Source: an uncultured delta proteobacterium (GTDB lineage: Bacteria; Myxococcota_A; UBA9160; SZUA-336). From it: a DNA stretch of 64,000 bases. Of the stretch, positions 10,627 to 21,289 are shown in pieces; the stretch's first letter is position 1; the number at the start of each line of letters is the position of its first letter. Both the position numbers and the translations under genes were made by a program. Where the stretch lies: positions 512,001 to 576,000 of the forward strand of contig CAVPHD010000003.1 in NCBI GenBank assembly GCA_963704165.1. The letters are read 5' to 3'. The notes beneath the pieces are model-generated. The model worked only from the letters and a program-made list of their open reading frames with translations, ran no database searches and was not told the origin of the DNA.

Positions 10627-11355
10627 CTATCCGATCGACCACGCCCAGGGCTCGATGCCGATCCGGTACGCGGCGTAGAGCCCCGCGTAGAACACGGTGA
10701 CGAGCGCGCCGAAGAGAGCCATGCCCTTCGCACCGAAGCTCCCATCCGCGGGAGCCGAGGCGCGAAACGATGCGACGCAGCTTCGATGCACGAACCCGGC
10801 GAGGATCAGACCCGCACCGGTATCCACGACGAAGTGCTGTTTCGTCGTGGACACCGCCACGGCGATGCACACCGTCCAGACGAGCGCGACCGCGCCGAGC
10901 CGCCTGTCCACATGCCGGGTCGCGAGCGCCGCGAGCAACGCGAGCGCGAGGTGAAGCGACGGAAGCAGGTTCAACGGCGGGTCCACGAAGTGGAGCAGCC
11001 GCAGAAGCCAGCCCGCGAAACCCGAGCCGGCATGCGCGCTCGGATCCGGCCGGAGGTCGATCGACGTGACCGGGATGACCACGAAACACATGAGCGCGAC
11101 CGCGATCACGACCGCGTAGGCGAGCGCGACGCGTCGGAACACATCCGGGTCCCGAACCACGAAGAGCGGCAGCAGCGCCATCGGCAGGATCGACCAGTAG
11201 ACGACGACGGAGCCGAGCACGAACGGGATCGCGGCGTCGAGCGGCGTCCACAGCGAACGCGCTTCGGCCGCGTCGGTGACCAGCCAGCCGACGCCGAAGT
11301 AGCCGGCGAGAAAGAACGCCAGCACCGAGCCCGAGAGGAAGCCGCGCTCCCGCAT
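10627..11355 (-). CDS. PAP2-superfamily membrane phosphatase/phosphotransferase (IPC-synthase/AUR1-like)
   Basis: Multiple TM helices; DPPLNLLPSLH and TKQHFVVD motifs. Confidence 0.8.
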   Translation of the reverse strand: MRERGFLSGSVLAFFLAGYFGVGWLVTDAAEARSLWTPLDAAIPFVLGSVVVYWSILPMALLPLFVVRDPDVFRRVALAYAVVIAVALMCFVVIPVTSIDLRPDPSAHAGSGFAGWLLRLLHFVDPPLNLLPSLHLALALLAALATRHVDRRLGAVALVWTVCIAVAVSTTKQHFVVDTGAGLILAGFVHRSCVASFRASAPADGSFGAKGMALFGALVTVFYAGLYAAYRIGIEPWAWSIG

Positions 11356-11438
11356 GCGGTGAGTGTCGCGCTGCAACGATGTGCCGGGCAAAGGCGCGCC
11401 GCCCGCAAGAGCCCGCGAAGGGCCTCGTCGGGACCGCC

Positions 11439-12233
11439 TCAGCGACCCTTGAACACGGGCGCGCGCTTCTCGAGCAGTGCGGCGACGCCCTCTTTCGAAT
11501 CCTCGGTCTCGAACGTGCGCGACTGCGCGTGCGCCTCCATTTCGGCGGCGGGAACCGGATCGTAGTCGGTGTTCCGGTAGAGCGAACGTTTGGTCCAGCG
11601 CACCGCGATTGGAGCCGCGGACGCGATCTCCCGCGCGAGCTCGAACGAGCGCGGCATCACGTCGGCCTCGGGAACGGCGTGGTTGACGATGCCGAGCTCC
11701 GCGGCCTCCGCGCCCGACACGATCCGCCCGGTGAAGAGCAGCTCCGCGGCGCGTGGCAATCCGACCAGACGCGGCAGGATGTACGTCGTCGCCATTCCCG
11801 GGTGGATCCCGAGCCGGGTGAAGTTGGCGCCGAAGCGCGCGTCGCGGTTCGCCACCCGGATGTCGCAGACGACGGCCAGCCCGAAACCGCCGCCGATCGC
11901 GTGGCCCTGCAGCGCGCCGATCACGGGGATCTCGATCGAGAGGATCGACAGGAACGGGCTGTACATCGCGAACGAGCGCTCGTTCGGCAGGAGCTTTCGC
12001 GACGCGCCGCCGTCGCGCTGCACACCGGATTTGAAGTCGGCCCCGGCACAGAAGCTCTTGCCGCGGCCGGTGATGATCACGCAGCGCAGCTCCGGGTCTT
12101 CCTTCACGCGCGCGATGCTCGCGCGCAGACCCTCGAAGACGTCCTCGGTCATGCTGTTGCGATTCTCGGGACGGTTCAGCGTGATCGTCGCGATGTAGTC
12201 CTTCGCCTCGTAGAGGACCGCGGGCTCGCTCAC
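11439..12233 (-). CDS. Enoyl-CoA hydratase/isomerase family protein
   Basis: LNRPE, FCAGADF, GHAIGGG, EGVAALLEKR. Confidence 0.92.
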   Translation of the reverse strand: MSEPAVLYEAKDYIATITLNRPENRNSMTEDVFEGLRASIARVKEDPELRCVIITGRGKSFCAGADFKSGVQRDGGASRKLLPNERSFAMYSPFLSILSIEIPVIGALQGHAIGGGFGLAVVCDIRVANRDARFGANFTRLGIHPGMATTYILPRLVGLPRAAELLFTGRIVSGAEAAELGIVNHAVPEADVMPRSFELAREIASAAPIAVRWTKRSLYRNTDYDPVPAAEMEAHAQSRTFETEDSKEGVAALLEKRAPVFKGR

Positions 12234-13156
12234 TTGCGTGCTCCCGCGATCTCGCTCTCGAGGAACGCCAGCGTGCGCTCGTACGCGCCGTCCTCGACCG
12301 GCGTGATCGCAGCGTCGAAGTCGGTCACGCCGATCTCGCGCAGGCGCGCGATCTCGCGGCGAAGGTCCGCTTCGCCTCCGGCCAGCGCGATGTCTCCCGG
12401 TCCGGCCGCGCCTTCGCGGTCGAGCATCGCGCGGTAGGACGGGAGCTGACCGTAGATCACCAACGCCTTGCCGATCTTCTCGCGCGCCTCGTCGGGCTTG
12501 TTCGTGAGCAGGACCGGAAAGCCCGCGACGACGCGTGGCTCGGGCCGGCCCGCTTCCTTGGCCGCCTCGCGAAGCGTCGGAATGATGTGGCTGGCGAGCG
12601 TTTTCGGACCCGTCATCCAGGTGATCGTTCCGTCGGCGAGTCGGCCCGTGAGCTTCAGCATCACCGGCCCGAGGGCGGCCACGAGGACCGGCACGCGCGT
12701 CGCGCCGGGCACCTGGAGCTGCGCGGCGACCTTGTACAGCTCACCCTGGAACGCAGCGCCCTCACCGCGGCAGAGCGGCGCGAGCACCTCGAGGTACTCT
12801 TTCATGTGTCGGGCGGGTTTCTCGTACGAGAACCCGAACATGTTCTCGATCACGATCTTGTGAGAGAGGCCGATGCCGAGAGAGAACCGGCCCTTCGAGG
12901 CCGCCTGCGTGGTCAGCGCCTGCTGCGCGATCGCGATCGGGTGGCGCGGATAGGTCGGGACGACCGCCGTGCCGAGCCCGATTCGGTTCGTCTCGCGTCC
13001 GACGATCGCGAGCGCGTTGATCGCGTCGAAACCGAAGATGTTGGCCATCCACAAGTTGTCGAAGCCGGCCGCCTCGTAGCGTTTCGCGGCCGCGACCAAT
13101 CCGTCGAGCGTCCCGTCCGGCCCGTCGGTCGCTCCTACCATCAGCCCGATCCGCAT
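12230..13156 (-). CDS. LLM-class (probably F420-dependent) oxidoreductase
   Basis: LGTAVVPTYPRHP, GRFSLGIGLSH, VAALGPVML, YGQLPSYRAML. Confidence 0.85.
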   Translation of the reverse strand: MRIGLMVGATDGPDGTLDGLVAAAKRYEAAGFDNLWMANIFGFDAINALAIVGRETNRIGLGTAVVPTYPRHPIAIAQQALTTQAASKGRFSLGIGLSHKIVIENMFGFSYEKPARHMKEYLEVLAPLCRGEGAAFQGELYKVAAQLQVPGATRVPVLVAALGPVMLKLTGRLADGTITWMTGPKTLASHIIPTLREAAKEAGRPEPRVVAGFPVLLTNKPDEAREKIGKALVIYGQLPSYRAMLDREGAAGPGDIALAGGEADLRREIARLREIGVTDFDAAITPVEDGAYERTLAFLESEIAGARK

Positions 13157-13289
13157 CTCGTCCCCTTTCGCGCAAGCCCGCGCCTCGGGGCGATCTTATC
13201 CCATGCGCAGTTCCGGCCGGAGTTCGGTGTTCCGGGAAGTGTTCATCGTACCCATTGAATACTGATCCAGGTTCTGCAAAGATGCCTCC

Positions 13290-13985
13290 ATGAGTATGCG
13301 CCCAAAACGCGACTCAGAGCTCCCCGGACCGCTCTTCGACCCCGTCGGACGCGGCCTCGATCTGATTGGCGACCGCTGGACCCTGGTGCTCGTGCGCCAT
13401 CTGATGGGCGGGCCGCGTGGCTTCCAGGAGCTGAAGGGGCGCAGCGGCATCGCGCCGCGAATCCTCTCCTCCCGGCTTCGGCAGATGAGCGAACGCGGCC
13501 TCGTTCACGCCGTCCCCGAGGGAAACCGCTCGCTCTACGCGCTGACCGATCTCGGCCGCACGCTCGAACCGATCGTGCGCGAGATCGCGCTCTGGTGGGT
13601 CCGCCACTTCATGAACGAGACCGGGCCGTTCAAAGAGACGACGCCCGCGTCCGTGGTCGAGGCGCTCCCCTTCCTGCTGCGCGAGGACCGCGCGCGCGAC
13701 GTGCGGATCACCTACGAGCTGCGGCTCACCGGCAATGGCGGCGGCGTCTGGGTGGTCGAGATCGATGACGGCGCCTGCCGCGTGCACGAGGGCTACGCCC
13801 CGCGCGCGCAGGTGCGGTACACCGCCGACGCGCGCGACTGGACGCTGCTCGCGATCGGCTTGATGGACGATCGCGAGGCGTTCAGCGAGGGCCGCCTCAC
13901 GAAGGACGGACAAGGCGGATCGATCGCCTGGTACTTTCACCAGCCCTACACCCCAAAGCGTAAGGAACGAGGAGACAGCCCATGA
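13290..13985 (+). CDS. HxlR-family winged-helix regulator with C-terminal SCP2-like domain
   Basis: LDLIGDRWTLVLVR...GPRGFQEL...YALTDLG; C-terminal GGGVWVVEIDDG...EGRLTKDG. Confidence 0.85.
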   Translation: MSMRPKRDSELPGPLFDPVGRGLDLIGDRWTLVLVRHLMGGPRGFQELKGRSGIAPRILSSRLRQMSERGLVHAVPEGNRSLYALTDLGRTLEPIVREIALWWVRHFMNETGPFKETTPASVVEALPFLLREDRARDVRITYELRLTGNGGGVWVVEIDDGACRVHEGYAPRAQVRYTADARDWTLLAIGLMDDREAFSEGRLTKDGQGGSIAWYFHQPYTPKRKERGDSP

Positions 13986-15091
13986 TTGCGTTCGGACCCA
14001 CCGAAGAGCAGGAACTGATCCAGCAGACGGTTCACGAATTCGCCGCCGGAGAGATGCGCGAGATTGCGCGTCCGTGCGACGAGAAACGCGAGCTCCCCGA
14101 GGACCTCTTGCAGAAGAGCTGGGAGCTCGGCCTCGTAGCGGGCGGCATTCCCGAGTCGTACGGTGGTGGCGGCATCGGACGCTCGCCGATCACGAACGCG
14201 CTCGTGCTCGAGGAGCTCGGCTGGGGTGACGCGCCGCTCGCGGCCGCCGCGATGACGCCCGCGCTCTTCGTCCAGCCGATCGTCGACTTCGGCACCGAGG
14301 AGCAGAAGAAGACCTACCTGCCTCTCTTCGCCGGATCGAAGTTCCACGCCGCTACGCTCGCACTGCTCGAACCGAGCTTCACGTTCGATGCGGGCAGCCT
14401 GCGCACGATCGCGGAGCCGAAGGGCGCCGGCTTCTCGCTCACGGGAGCGAAGCGTCTGGTCCCGCTCGCTTCGTCGTCGAGCCATCTGCTCGTCGTCGCG
14501 CGCGGCGCGCGCGAGGGTCTTTCGGGACTCGAGGCCTTCATCGTCCCCCGCGACGCCAAGGGCATGACGATCGCGCCTGAGCCCGAGCGCACGCTCGGCT
14601 TCCAGTGTCTGCCGCGCTTCTCGGTCGTGCTCGACCGCGTCGAGGTTCCGGCCAACGCTCGCCTCGGAGGCGAGAAGGGCATCGACGGTGCGCGGCTCGT
14701 GAACAGCGTTCGAGCGGCCTCGTGCGCGCTCGCCCTCGGTCTCGCGCGGGGCGTGATGGAGCTCGCGATCCCGTACGCCAAGGACCGCGTCGCGTTCGAG
14801 CAGCCGATCGCGCAGAAGCAGGCGATCGCGTTCATGCTCGCCGAGATGCAGATCGAGGTGAACTCCATGCGTCACCTGGTCTGGAAGGCGGCGAGCCAGC
14901 TCGAGAACGGCCTCGACGCGACTCGCGCCACGACGCTCGCGCAGACCTACGTGAACCGCGAAGTCATGAAGATCGCCGACAACGGTCTGCAGGTCTTCGG
15001 CGGCCACGGATTCATTCGCGAATACCCGGTCGAGATGTGGTACCGCAACGCCCGCGCCCTGACGGTCAACGAAGCCGTCTGCGCGCTCTGA
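13982..15091 (+). CDS. Acyl-CoA dehydrogenase (FadE24-like partner subunit)
   Basis: EELGWGD, RVAFEQPIAQKQAIAFMLA, QVFGGHGFIREYPVEMWYR. Confidence 0.9.
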   Translation: MIAFGPTEEQELIQQTVHEFAAGEMREIARPCDEKRELPEDLLQKSWELGLVAGGIPESYGGGGIGRSPITNALVLEELGWGDAPLAAAAMTPALFVQPIVDFGTEEQKKTYLPLFAGSKFHAATLALLEPSFTFDAGSLRTIAEPKGAGFSLTGAKRLVPLASSSSHLLVVARGAREGLSGLEAFIVPRDAKGMTIAPEPERTLGFQCLPRFSVVLDRVEVPANARLGGEKGIDGARLVNSVRAASCALALGLARGVMELAIPYAKDRVAFEQPIAQKQAIAFMLAEMQIEVNSMRHLVWKAASQLENGLDATRATTLAQTYVNREVMKIADNGLQVFGGHGFIREYPVEMWYRNARALTVNEAVCAL

Positions 15092-15108
15092 TACCAGGAG
15101 GAACACCG

Positions 15109-16282
15109 ATGATCGACTTCACCCTCACGGAGAGCGACGAGAAGATCCTGGCAGCCGTGCGCGAAGAGGCGCTGGTCTGCCGCAACTACGCCCGTTACTA
15201 CGACGATCACGAGGAGGAGTTCGCGCCGGACGAGCTTCCGGAAGCGAAGGACTTCAAGAACCCGTTCGCGTACCTCGCCGGCCGAGGCGACCTCGACTCG
15301 TCGATGGGCGTGATGAGCATGCTGATCAGCGCGGGCCAGACCTGGGGCGACTACACCGTGCGCATGCGGCGCGGCACCGGCGGTCTCGGCAACGCGGCGC
15401 TTCGCGCGTCGGGTACGGCCGAGCAGCAGCAGCGCTGGGGCGGCAAGACGCTCGCGATGGCGATCACCGAGCCGGGCTGCGGCTCCGACTCGAAGGCCGT
15501 GCAGACCACGGCGGTGCTCGACGGCGACGAGTGGGTGCTGAACGGCGAGAAGATCTTCGTCACCACCGGGTGTCGCGCCGAGGGCGTGGTCGTCTGGGCG
15601 ACGCTCGACAAGAACGCCGGGCGCGCCGGCATCAAGAGCTTCGTCGTCATGAAGGACACGCCCGGCTTCGAGGTCACCCACAAGGAGAAGAAGCTCGGCA
15701 TCCGCGCCGACGACACCGCGGCCTACGTCTTCCGCGACTGCCGCATCCCGCGCGACCACCTGCTCGGCGGCGACGAGTCGATCGCCGCGAAGGGCGCCGG
15801 CGGCTTCAAGGGCGTGATGAAGACCTTCAACATGACGCGTCCCGGGGTCGCGGCGATCGGGCTCGGCATCGCGCAGGCCGCGCTCGACTTCACCAAGGAG
15901 TCGCTCGCCAAGGAAGGGGTCGAGATCGACTGGAGCGCCGGTGCGCACTCGCGCGTCCGCGATCCAGCAGGAGCTGATCGAGATCGAGGCCGACATCGAG
16001 GCGGCCATGCTCGACGTGCTGCACGCGACCTGGCTCTCGGGCACGGCCAAGCCGAACAACCTGGAGGCGTCGATCGCCAAGGCGAAGGGCGGCGAGGTGT
16101 CGCGCACCGCGACGCAGCGCTGCATCGCGATCCTCGGCACGATGGGCATCTCGCACGAGTTCCTGCTCGAGAAGTGGTTCCGCGACTGCCGCATCACCGA
16201 CATCTACGAGGGCACCGGCCAGATCCAGCGCCTGATCATCGCGCGCGAGATCCTGGGCTACAGCGCCGCGCAGTTGTCGTGA
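15109..16282 (+). CDS. Acyl-CoA dehydrogenase (FadE23-like), frameshift near 15955
   Basis: SD AGGAGG; MAITEPGCGSD, NGEKIFVT, KLGIRADDTA; C-terminus EKWFRDCRITDIYEGTGQIQ lies in another frame. Confidence 0.88.
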
Positions 16283-16300
16283 GCCGAACGACCGGGCGAG

Positions 16301-18803
16301 CTACTCGCTCGCCCGGTTGTTCCGCTGCGCGGCCTCGAGCTTCTGGATGTCGTCCGGTGTCAGCTGCGGCCGGTCGATCTCGAGCGTCAGCTTCTCGAGC
16401 TTTCCGGTGAACGTGAACGGGGGCTTGTAGTCGGCATCGTTCACGCCGGTCAGCGTGTCGGATCCGACGTCGAAGCTCTCGTCCCATTGCAGGATCATCG
16501 GCAGCGTCTTCGGCATGGTGATCGTCTGGACCGCCTTGCCGTCCACCTTGAGCGTGCCGGTGCCGGGTCGACCGAGGCCACTCATGTTGTTGAAGGCGAG
16601 CGTGCCAGCACCGAGGCCGTCGTACTTGAAGTCGAACTCGAAGGTGTGTCGACCGGGCGCGAGGGCGTCCGGACCTGCCCAGCGAATGCGATCGAGGTCG
16701 ATCAGGTTCCAGAGGAACACGGGTCTGCTCTCGAGCAGGTAGAAGCCGTAGCCGGCGAAGCGCCCGCCCGAGGTCAGGATCATCCCCTCGGCGCCGCCCT
16801 TCGGGACGTCGATCTCCGCCGTGATGGTGTAGGAGCTGTTCAGCAGGAACGGTGAGTCCCCTTGGGGCAGGCCGACCATCGGCCGGGTGTAGACGAACTC
16901 CGTTGCGACCGGCGGTGATGTTCGGGCGCGGAGCCACGATGCGCACGGCGACGGAGGCGTCCATCGGAAAGACCTGGTACTTGCGGGCCTCCGCGATGAA
17001 CTTCTGCTTCATCACCTTCACCTTGTCGGGAAGCTTCGCCGCGACGTTCTGCGACTGGCTGAAGTCCTCGTTCAGGTCGTAGAGCTCGAGCACCTGATTG
17101 TTGAGCGGATCGGGATTCGCCGCGCCGAAGGCCTCCCACGGCGCGCGGTTGACCTTCGTGCCGAGCAGCCAGCCTTCGTCGTACAGCGCCCACTGGCCGA
17201 ACATCTCGAAGTACTGGGTCTTGTGCCGTGACGGCGCCTTCGCGTTCTTCGCGTCGAACGTGTAGACGAGGCTCGTGCCCTCCATCGGCGCCTGCTTGAT
17301 GCCGTCGACGAACTCGGGGGCCGAGATCCCGGTCGCCTCCAGAAGAGTGGGCACGATGTCGTTCACGTGGCTGAACTGCTCGCGCAGTCCACCCTTGTCC
17401 TCGATGCGTGCCGGCCACGAAATCGCCATGTTCTGGCGAATGCCACCGAGCTTCGACGCGTTCTGCTTGAACCAGGTGAACGGCGTGTCGAAGGCCCAGG
17501 ACCAGCCAGCCGACATGTGATTGTACGTCTGCTCGGTACCCCAGGCGTCGTACCACTTCATCTGGTCCGCGATCGGCATCATGTTGACGCCGTTGAAGAA
17601 CGCGACCTCGTTGGGCGTGCCGACCGGACCACCCTCGGCGCTGGTCCCGTTGTCGCCGTTGATGTAGATGACGAGCGTGTCGTCGAGCTTGCCCATGTCC
17701 TCGATCGTCTGGATGACTCGCCCGATCTCGTGGTCGGTGTAGGCGGCGTAGGCAGCGAAGATCTCCACCTGCCGGATGAAGAGCTTCTTCTCCTCGGGCG
17801 TGCAGTCATCCCAGTTCTTGAGGACGTCCGTCGGCCACGGCTCGAGCTGGGTATCGGCCGGGATCACACCGAGGCGCTTCTGGTTCTCGAAGATCCGCTG
17901 GCGAAGCTCGTTCCAACCGTCGTCGAACAAGTGCATGTCGCGGATCTTCTTCACCCACTCCTGGGTCGGGTGGTGCGGCGCATGCGTGGCACCAGGCGCG
18001 TACTTCACGAAGAACGGCTTGCCGGGCATCGTCTGGTTGATGCGGTTCAGATGGTCGATCGCGTCGTCGGCCATTCCGGTGACCAGGTTCCATTCCGGCT
18101 TGCCGTGGAACGGATAGATCTGCGTGGTGTTGCGGAAGAGATTCGGCTGCCACTGGTTCGCATCGCCGCCGACGAAGCCGTAGAAATACTCGAAGCCCAT
18201 GCCGATGGGCCATTGGTCGAACGGACCGACTTGGCTCGCGGCGAAGGCCGGAGTGTCGTGGTTCTTTCCGAACCACGAGGTGGCGTAGCCGTTGTCGCGC
18301 AGGATCCGGCCGATCGTGGCCTTGTCGTCTGCGATGATGCTGCTGTAACCCGGGAAGCCCGTGGACTGTTCGGAGATCACTCCGAAGCCCGCAGAGTGAT
18401 GGTTCCGGCCGGTGATGAGCGCGGCGCGGGTCGGCGAGCAGAGCGCGGTGGAGTGGATGTTGTTGTAGCGAAGCCCGTTGGTCGCGATGCGATCCATCGT
18501 CGGTGTCGGAATCACGCCGCCGAAGGTGCTTGGAACTCCGAAGCCGGCATCGTCCGTGATGATGAGCAGGATGTTGGGCGCCTGCTTGGGTGGCACGATC
18601 CGTGGAGCCCACCAAGCTTTCGACTGCAGAGCGTCGTCCTTGATGACGCCGCCGAATTTCGGATCGGGCGCGGGGAGCTGTTGACCGTCGATCGTCGTCG
18701 TCGCTGCAGGCGAACCCGGAGACGGCTCGGCCTGCTGTGCCAGAGCCGGCGCACCGATCAGAAGCGAGAGCGTGAGGATTCCGGATCGAAGCGCGTGACG
18801 CAT
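16301..18803 (-). CDS. Secreted arylsulfatase (Cys-type formylglycine sulfatase), frameshift near 16905
   Basis: Signal peptide; NILLIITDD, CSPTRAALITGR, GKNH, GDNG; C-terminal domain continues in ORF 16301-16879. Confidence 0.9.
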
Positions 18804-19040
18804 TGAGTTCTCCCGTCGGACGTAGTCGGACTCGTGATCGAGTCAACCGAGCAGATACCAGAATCGTTCGATGGGAGCGAGGCTTGATTTCTCGCCACAG
18901 GGTCAATTGGATCCCATCGGGAGAACGGCATCGACGAGACCCTCGCTTCCAGATGGAAGAGAGCGATGATCGAACTCCATCCGAACTCACGAACGACCCC
19001 GTTGGTCAGAGGGCTGCCCCTACACGGTGTTCGACGGCGC

Positions 19041-19451
19041 TCAGGTGCTCGAGAGCTTCCGGATGAAGGCGATCAGGTCACGTATGCCGTCGTCGTTCAC
19101 GACGCCCGCCCACGGCGCCATCAGCGCCGACTTCCCGACCGCCGCGCCGCCCTGAGAGATCACGGTGTACAGATACGCGTCGCTGAGTGCGCCGATGGTG
19201 ACGGGGTCGGTGTGATTCGCGGGCGGTGGCTTCAGCGCCGCCGCCGCGGAGCCGTCGCCCTTCCCGCCCGCACCATGGCAACTGGCGCAGTAGGTCGAGT
19301 AGAGCTGAGCTCCGGCGGCGGCATCGCCGCGAAGGCTGCCAGACGGCACGTGGAATGCCGCCTGCGCCGTGGGCGAGCCTGTCGACGACTCTCGGCCGCA
19401 GGCGCCGACCAGGAACGCCAGACCGAAGAGCAGGACGGTCGCTCGCCTCAA
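19041..19451 (-). CDS. Lipoprotein c-type cytochrome
   Basis: Lipobox LVGAC; CxxCH (CASCH); distal Met (LMAPW); TTG start overlapping the ctaB stop. Confidence 0.85.
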   Translation of the reverse strand: MRRATVLLFGLAFLVGACGRESSTGSPTAQAAFHVPSGSLRGDAAAGAQLYSTYCASCHGAGGKGDGSAAAALKPPPANHTDPVTIGALSDAYLYTVISQGGAAVGKSALMAPWAGVVNDDGIRDLIAFIRKLSST

Positions 19452-20317
19452 ACGGCGGTCCGCCAGATCAGATCGCCGATCATCGCCGCGAAAGTGCCTC
19501 CGAGATACGCGAGCGAGACCACGAAGGTGCGGCGCGCGCTCTCGCGGTCGCGACGGTGCCGGAGCACGAGCGCCTGTCCGAGAAACCACAAACCGAGCGC
19601 GGCGGCGGCGACGGCATAGGCGGAGCCGAGCATGCCCAGCGCTACGGGAGCGAACATCACCGGAAACAGCGCGAGGATCCAGAGAACGATCCGCGAGCGT
19701 GTCGCGTCCTCTCCGATTCGATCGTGCAGCATCGGGAAGTGCGCATCGGCGTAGTCCGAGCGTCGATACAGGGCGATCGCGTAGAAGTGCGGCGGCTGCC
19801 AGATGAAGATGATCGCGAAGAGCAGCCAGCCCGCGGCCGTGACGTGACCATTCACCGCAGCGTCGACGATCAGCGGCGCAATCGCACCCGACACTCCCCC
19901 GATGACGACCGCGAGCGGAGTGCGCGGTTTCAGCCAGAGCGTGTACACGAACACGTAGAAGAGGATCGCGCCGAGCGCGATCGACGCCGCAGCGGGACCG
20001 GAGGCGACCCAGAGAAGTGTCGTTCCGATGAACGACAGCCCGAGCCCGAAGAGCAGCGCGCTTCGCGGGTCGATCCGACCGGACGGCAGCGGTCGCGTCC
20101 GAGTTCGTTCCATCTGCGCGTCGCGGTCGCGCTCGAGATAGCTGTTCAACGTGCTCGCCGCGCTGGCCGCGAACGCGGTCCCCAGCAGCGTCAGCGTGGC
20201 GAGCTGGAACGACGGCCAGCTCCCCTGGGCCATGACCAGTGCGGGAACACCGGAGAAGAGCACGAGCGGCAGGAGTCTCGGTTTCGTCAGCGCGAAGTAC
20301 TCGCCCGCCGTGCTCAT
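19448..20317 (-). CDS. ctaB: Protoheme IX farnesyltransferase (heme O synthase)
   Basis: LTKPR, ERDRDAQMERTRTRPLPSG, YTLWLK, WQPPHF. Confidence 0.93.
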   Translation of the reverse strand: MSTAGEYFALTKPRLLPLVLFSGVPALVMAQGSWPSFQLATLTLLGTAFAASAASTLNSYLERDRDAQMERTRTRPLPSGRIDPRSALLFGLGLSFIGTTLLWVASGPAAASIALGAILFYVFVYTLWLKPRTPLAVVIGGVSGAIAPLIVDAAVNGHVTAAGWLLFAIIFIWQPPHFYAIALYRRSDYADAHFPMLHDRIGEDATRSRIVLWILALFPVMFAPVALGMLGSAYAVAAAALGLWFLGQALVLRHRRDRESARRTFVVSLAYLGGTFAAMIGDLIWRTAV

Positions 20318-21285
20318 CGCGCGCCCTCGAGGGCTCGAGGTGGGCGCGACGAAACCTGCGTGCTTCGCCGTGTCGTCGCTCGCGCGGCCAGCGATTCGCG
20401 TACGACGACGGCCGTCGTGACCGCGAGTCCCGTCGCGAGTGCCGAGTGCAGCCCGGTGATCTCGATCGGTACCTGAAGCAGCACGTTCAGGACGCCCACG
20501 AGCACCTGCGCAACGACGATCCCGAATGCGATCGTCGCCAGACGAGCTACGCGTACCGAGCCGCGCGCGCGCCACGCGAGGAGCGCGAATGCGAAACACA
20601 GGGCGTAGGCGTTCAGGCGATGGAGCACGTGCAGACCGATCGGCCCGCTGAGCGAAGGCGCGAGCGAGTCGCCGTTGCAGAGCGGAAACGTCGCGCAGGC
20701 GAGGCCCGCATAGTGGCTCGAGACGAGCCCCCCGAGGACGAACTGGCCGACCAGAAGAATCGCGCACAGGAATGCGAGCCTCTCGATCGTGCCCGGAAGC
20801 TCGGCGCGTGCGACCGGCGCCGGCCCCGCGATTTCGAGCAACCCGCGCGAGATCCAGACGAGTGAGACCACGAACGCATTTCCGGTGACGAGATGCGCGG
20901 TCACGGTCCACGGCGCGAGTCCGAGCAGAACCGTGAGGCCACCGAGCACGATCTGCACACCGAGAATTGCGAAGATCACCGCAATCGAGGCGAGGAATCG
21001 CTCGCGCAGCTCGCTCGCTCTCAAGACGACCACGGCCAGCAGGACGAGCCCGATCGACAAGCTCCCGGCCATCAGGCGGTGTCCCCACTCGAAGCCGACC
21101 TTCAGGTCGAAATCGGGAACGATCTCGCCGAAGCAGAGAGGCCAGTCCGGACACGCGAGCCCCGCGCCGTGGGCGCGAACGAGCGCGCCGAACACGACCA
21201 GGCACCACGCCAGGAATGCGAACACCGCGGCTGCGCAGCCGGTGAGACGAGCCGATCTGCGGACGTGGTCGGGCAGTGGGGGCAT
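20314..21285 (-). CDS. ctaA: Heme A synthase (COX15/CtaA)
   Basis: GLACPDWPLC, FEWGHR, second Cys pair CATFPLC, LHR; about 8 TM helices. Confidence 0.9.
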   Translation of the reverse strand: MPPLPDHVRRSARLTGCAAAVFAFLAWCLVVFGALVRAHGAGLACPDWPLCFGEIVPDFDLKVGFEWGHRLMAGSLSIGLVLLAVVVLRASELRERFLASIAVIFAILGVQIVLGGLTVLLGLAPWTVTAHLVTGNAFVVSLVWISRGLLEIAGPAPVARAELPGTIERLAFLCAILLVGQFVLGGLVSSHYAGLACATFPLCNGDSLAPSLSGPIGLHVLHRLNAYALCFAFALLAWRARGSVRVARLATIAFGIVVAQVLVGVLNVLLQVPIEITGLHSALATGLAVTTAVVVRESLAARATTRRSTQVSSRPPRALEGAR

Positions 21286-21289
21286 ACGG

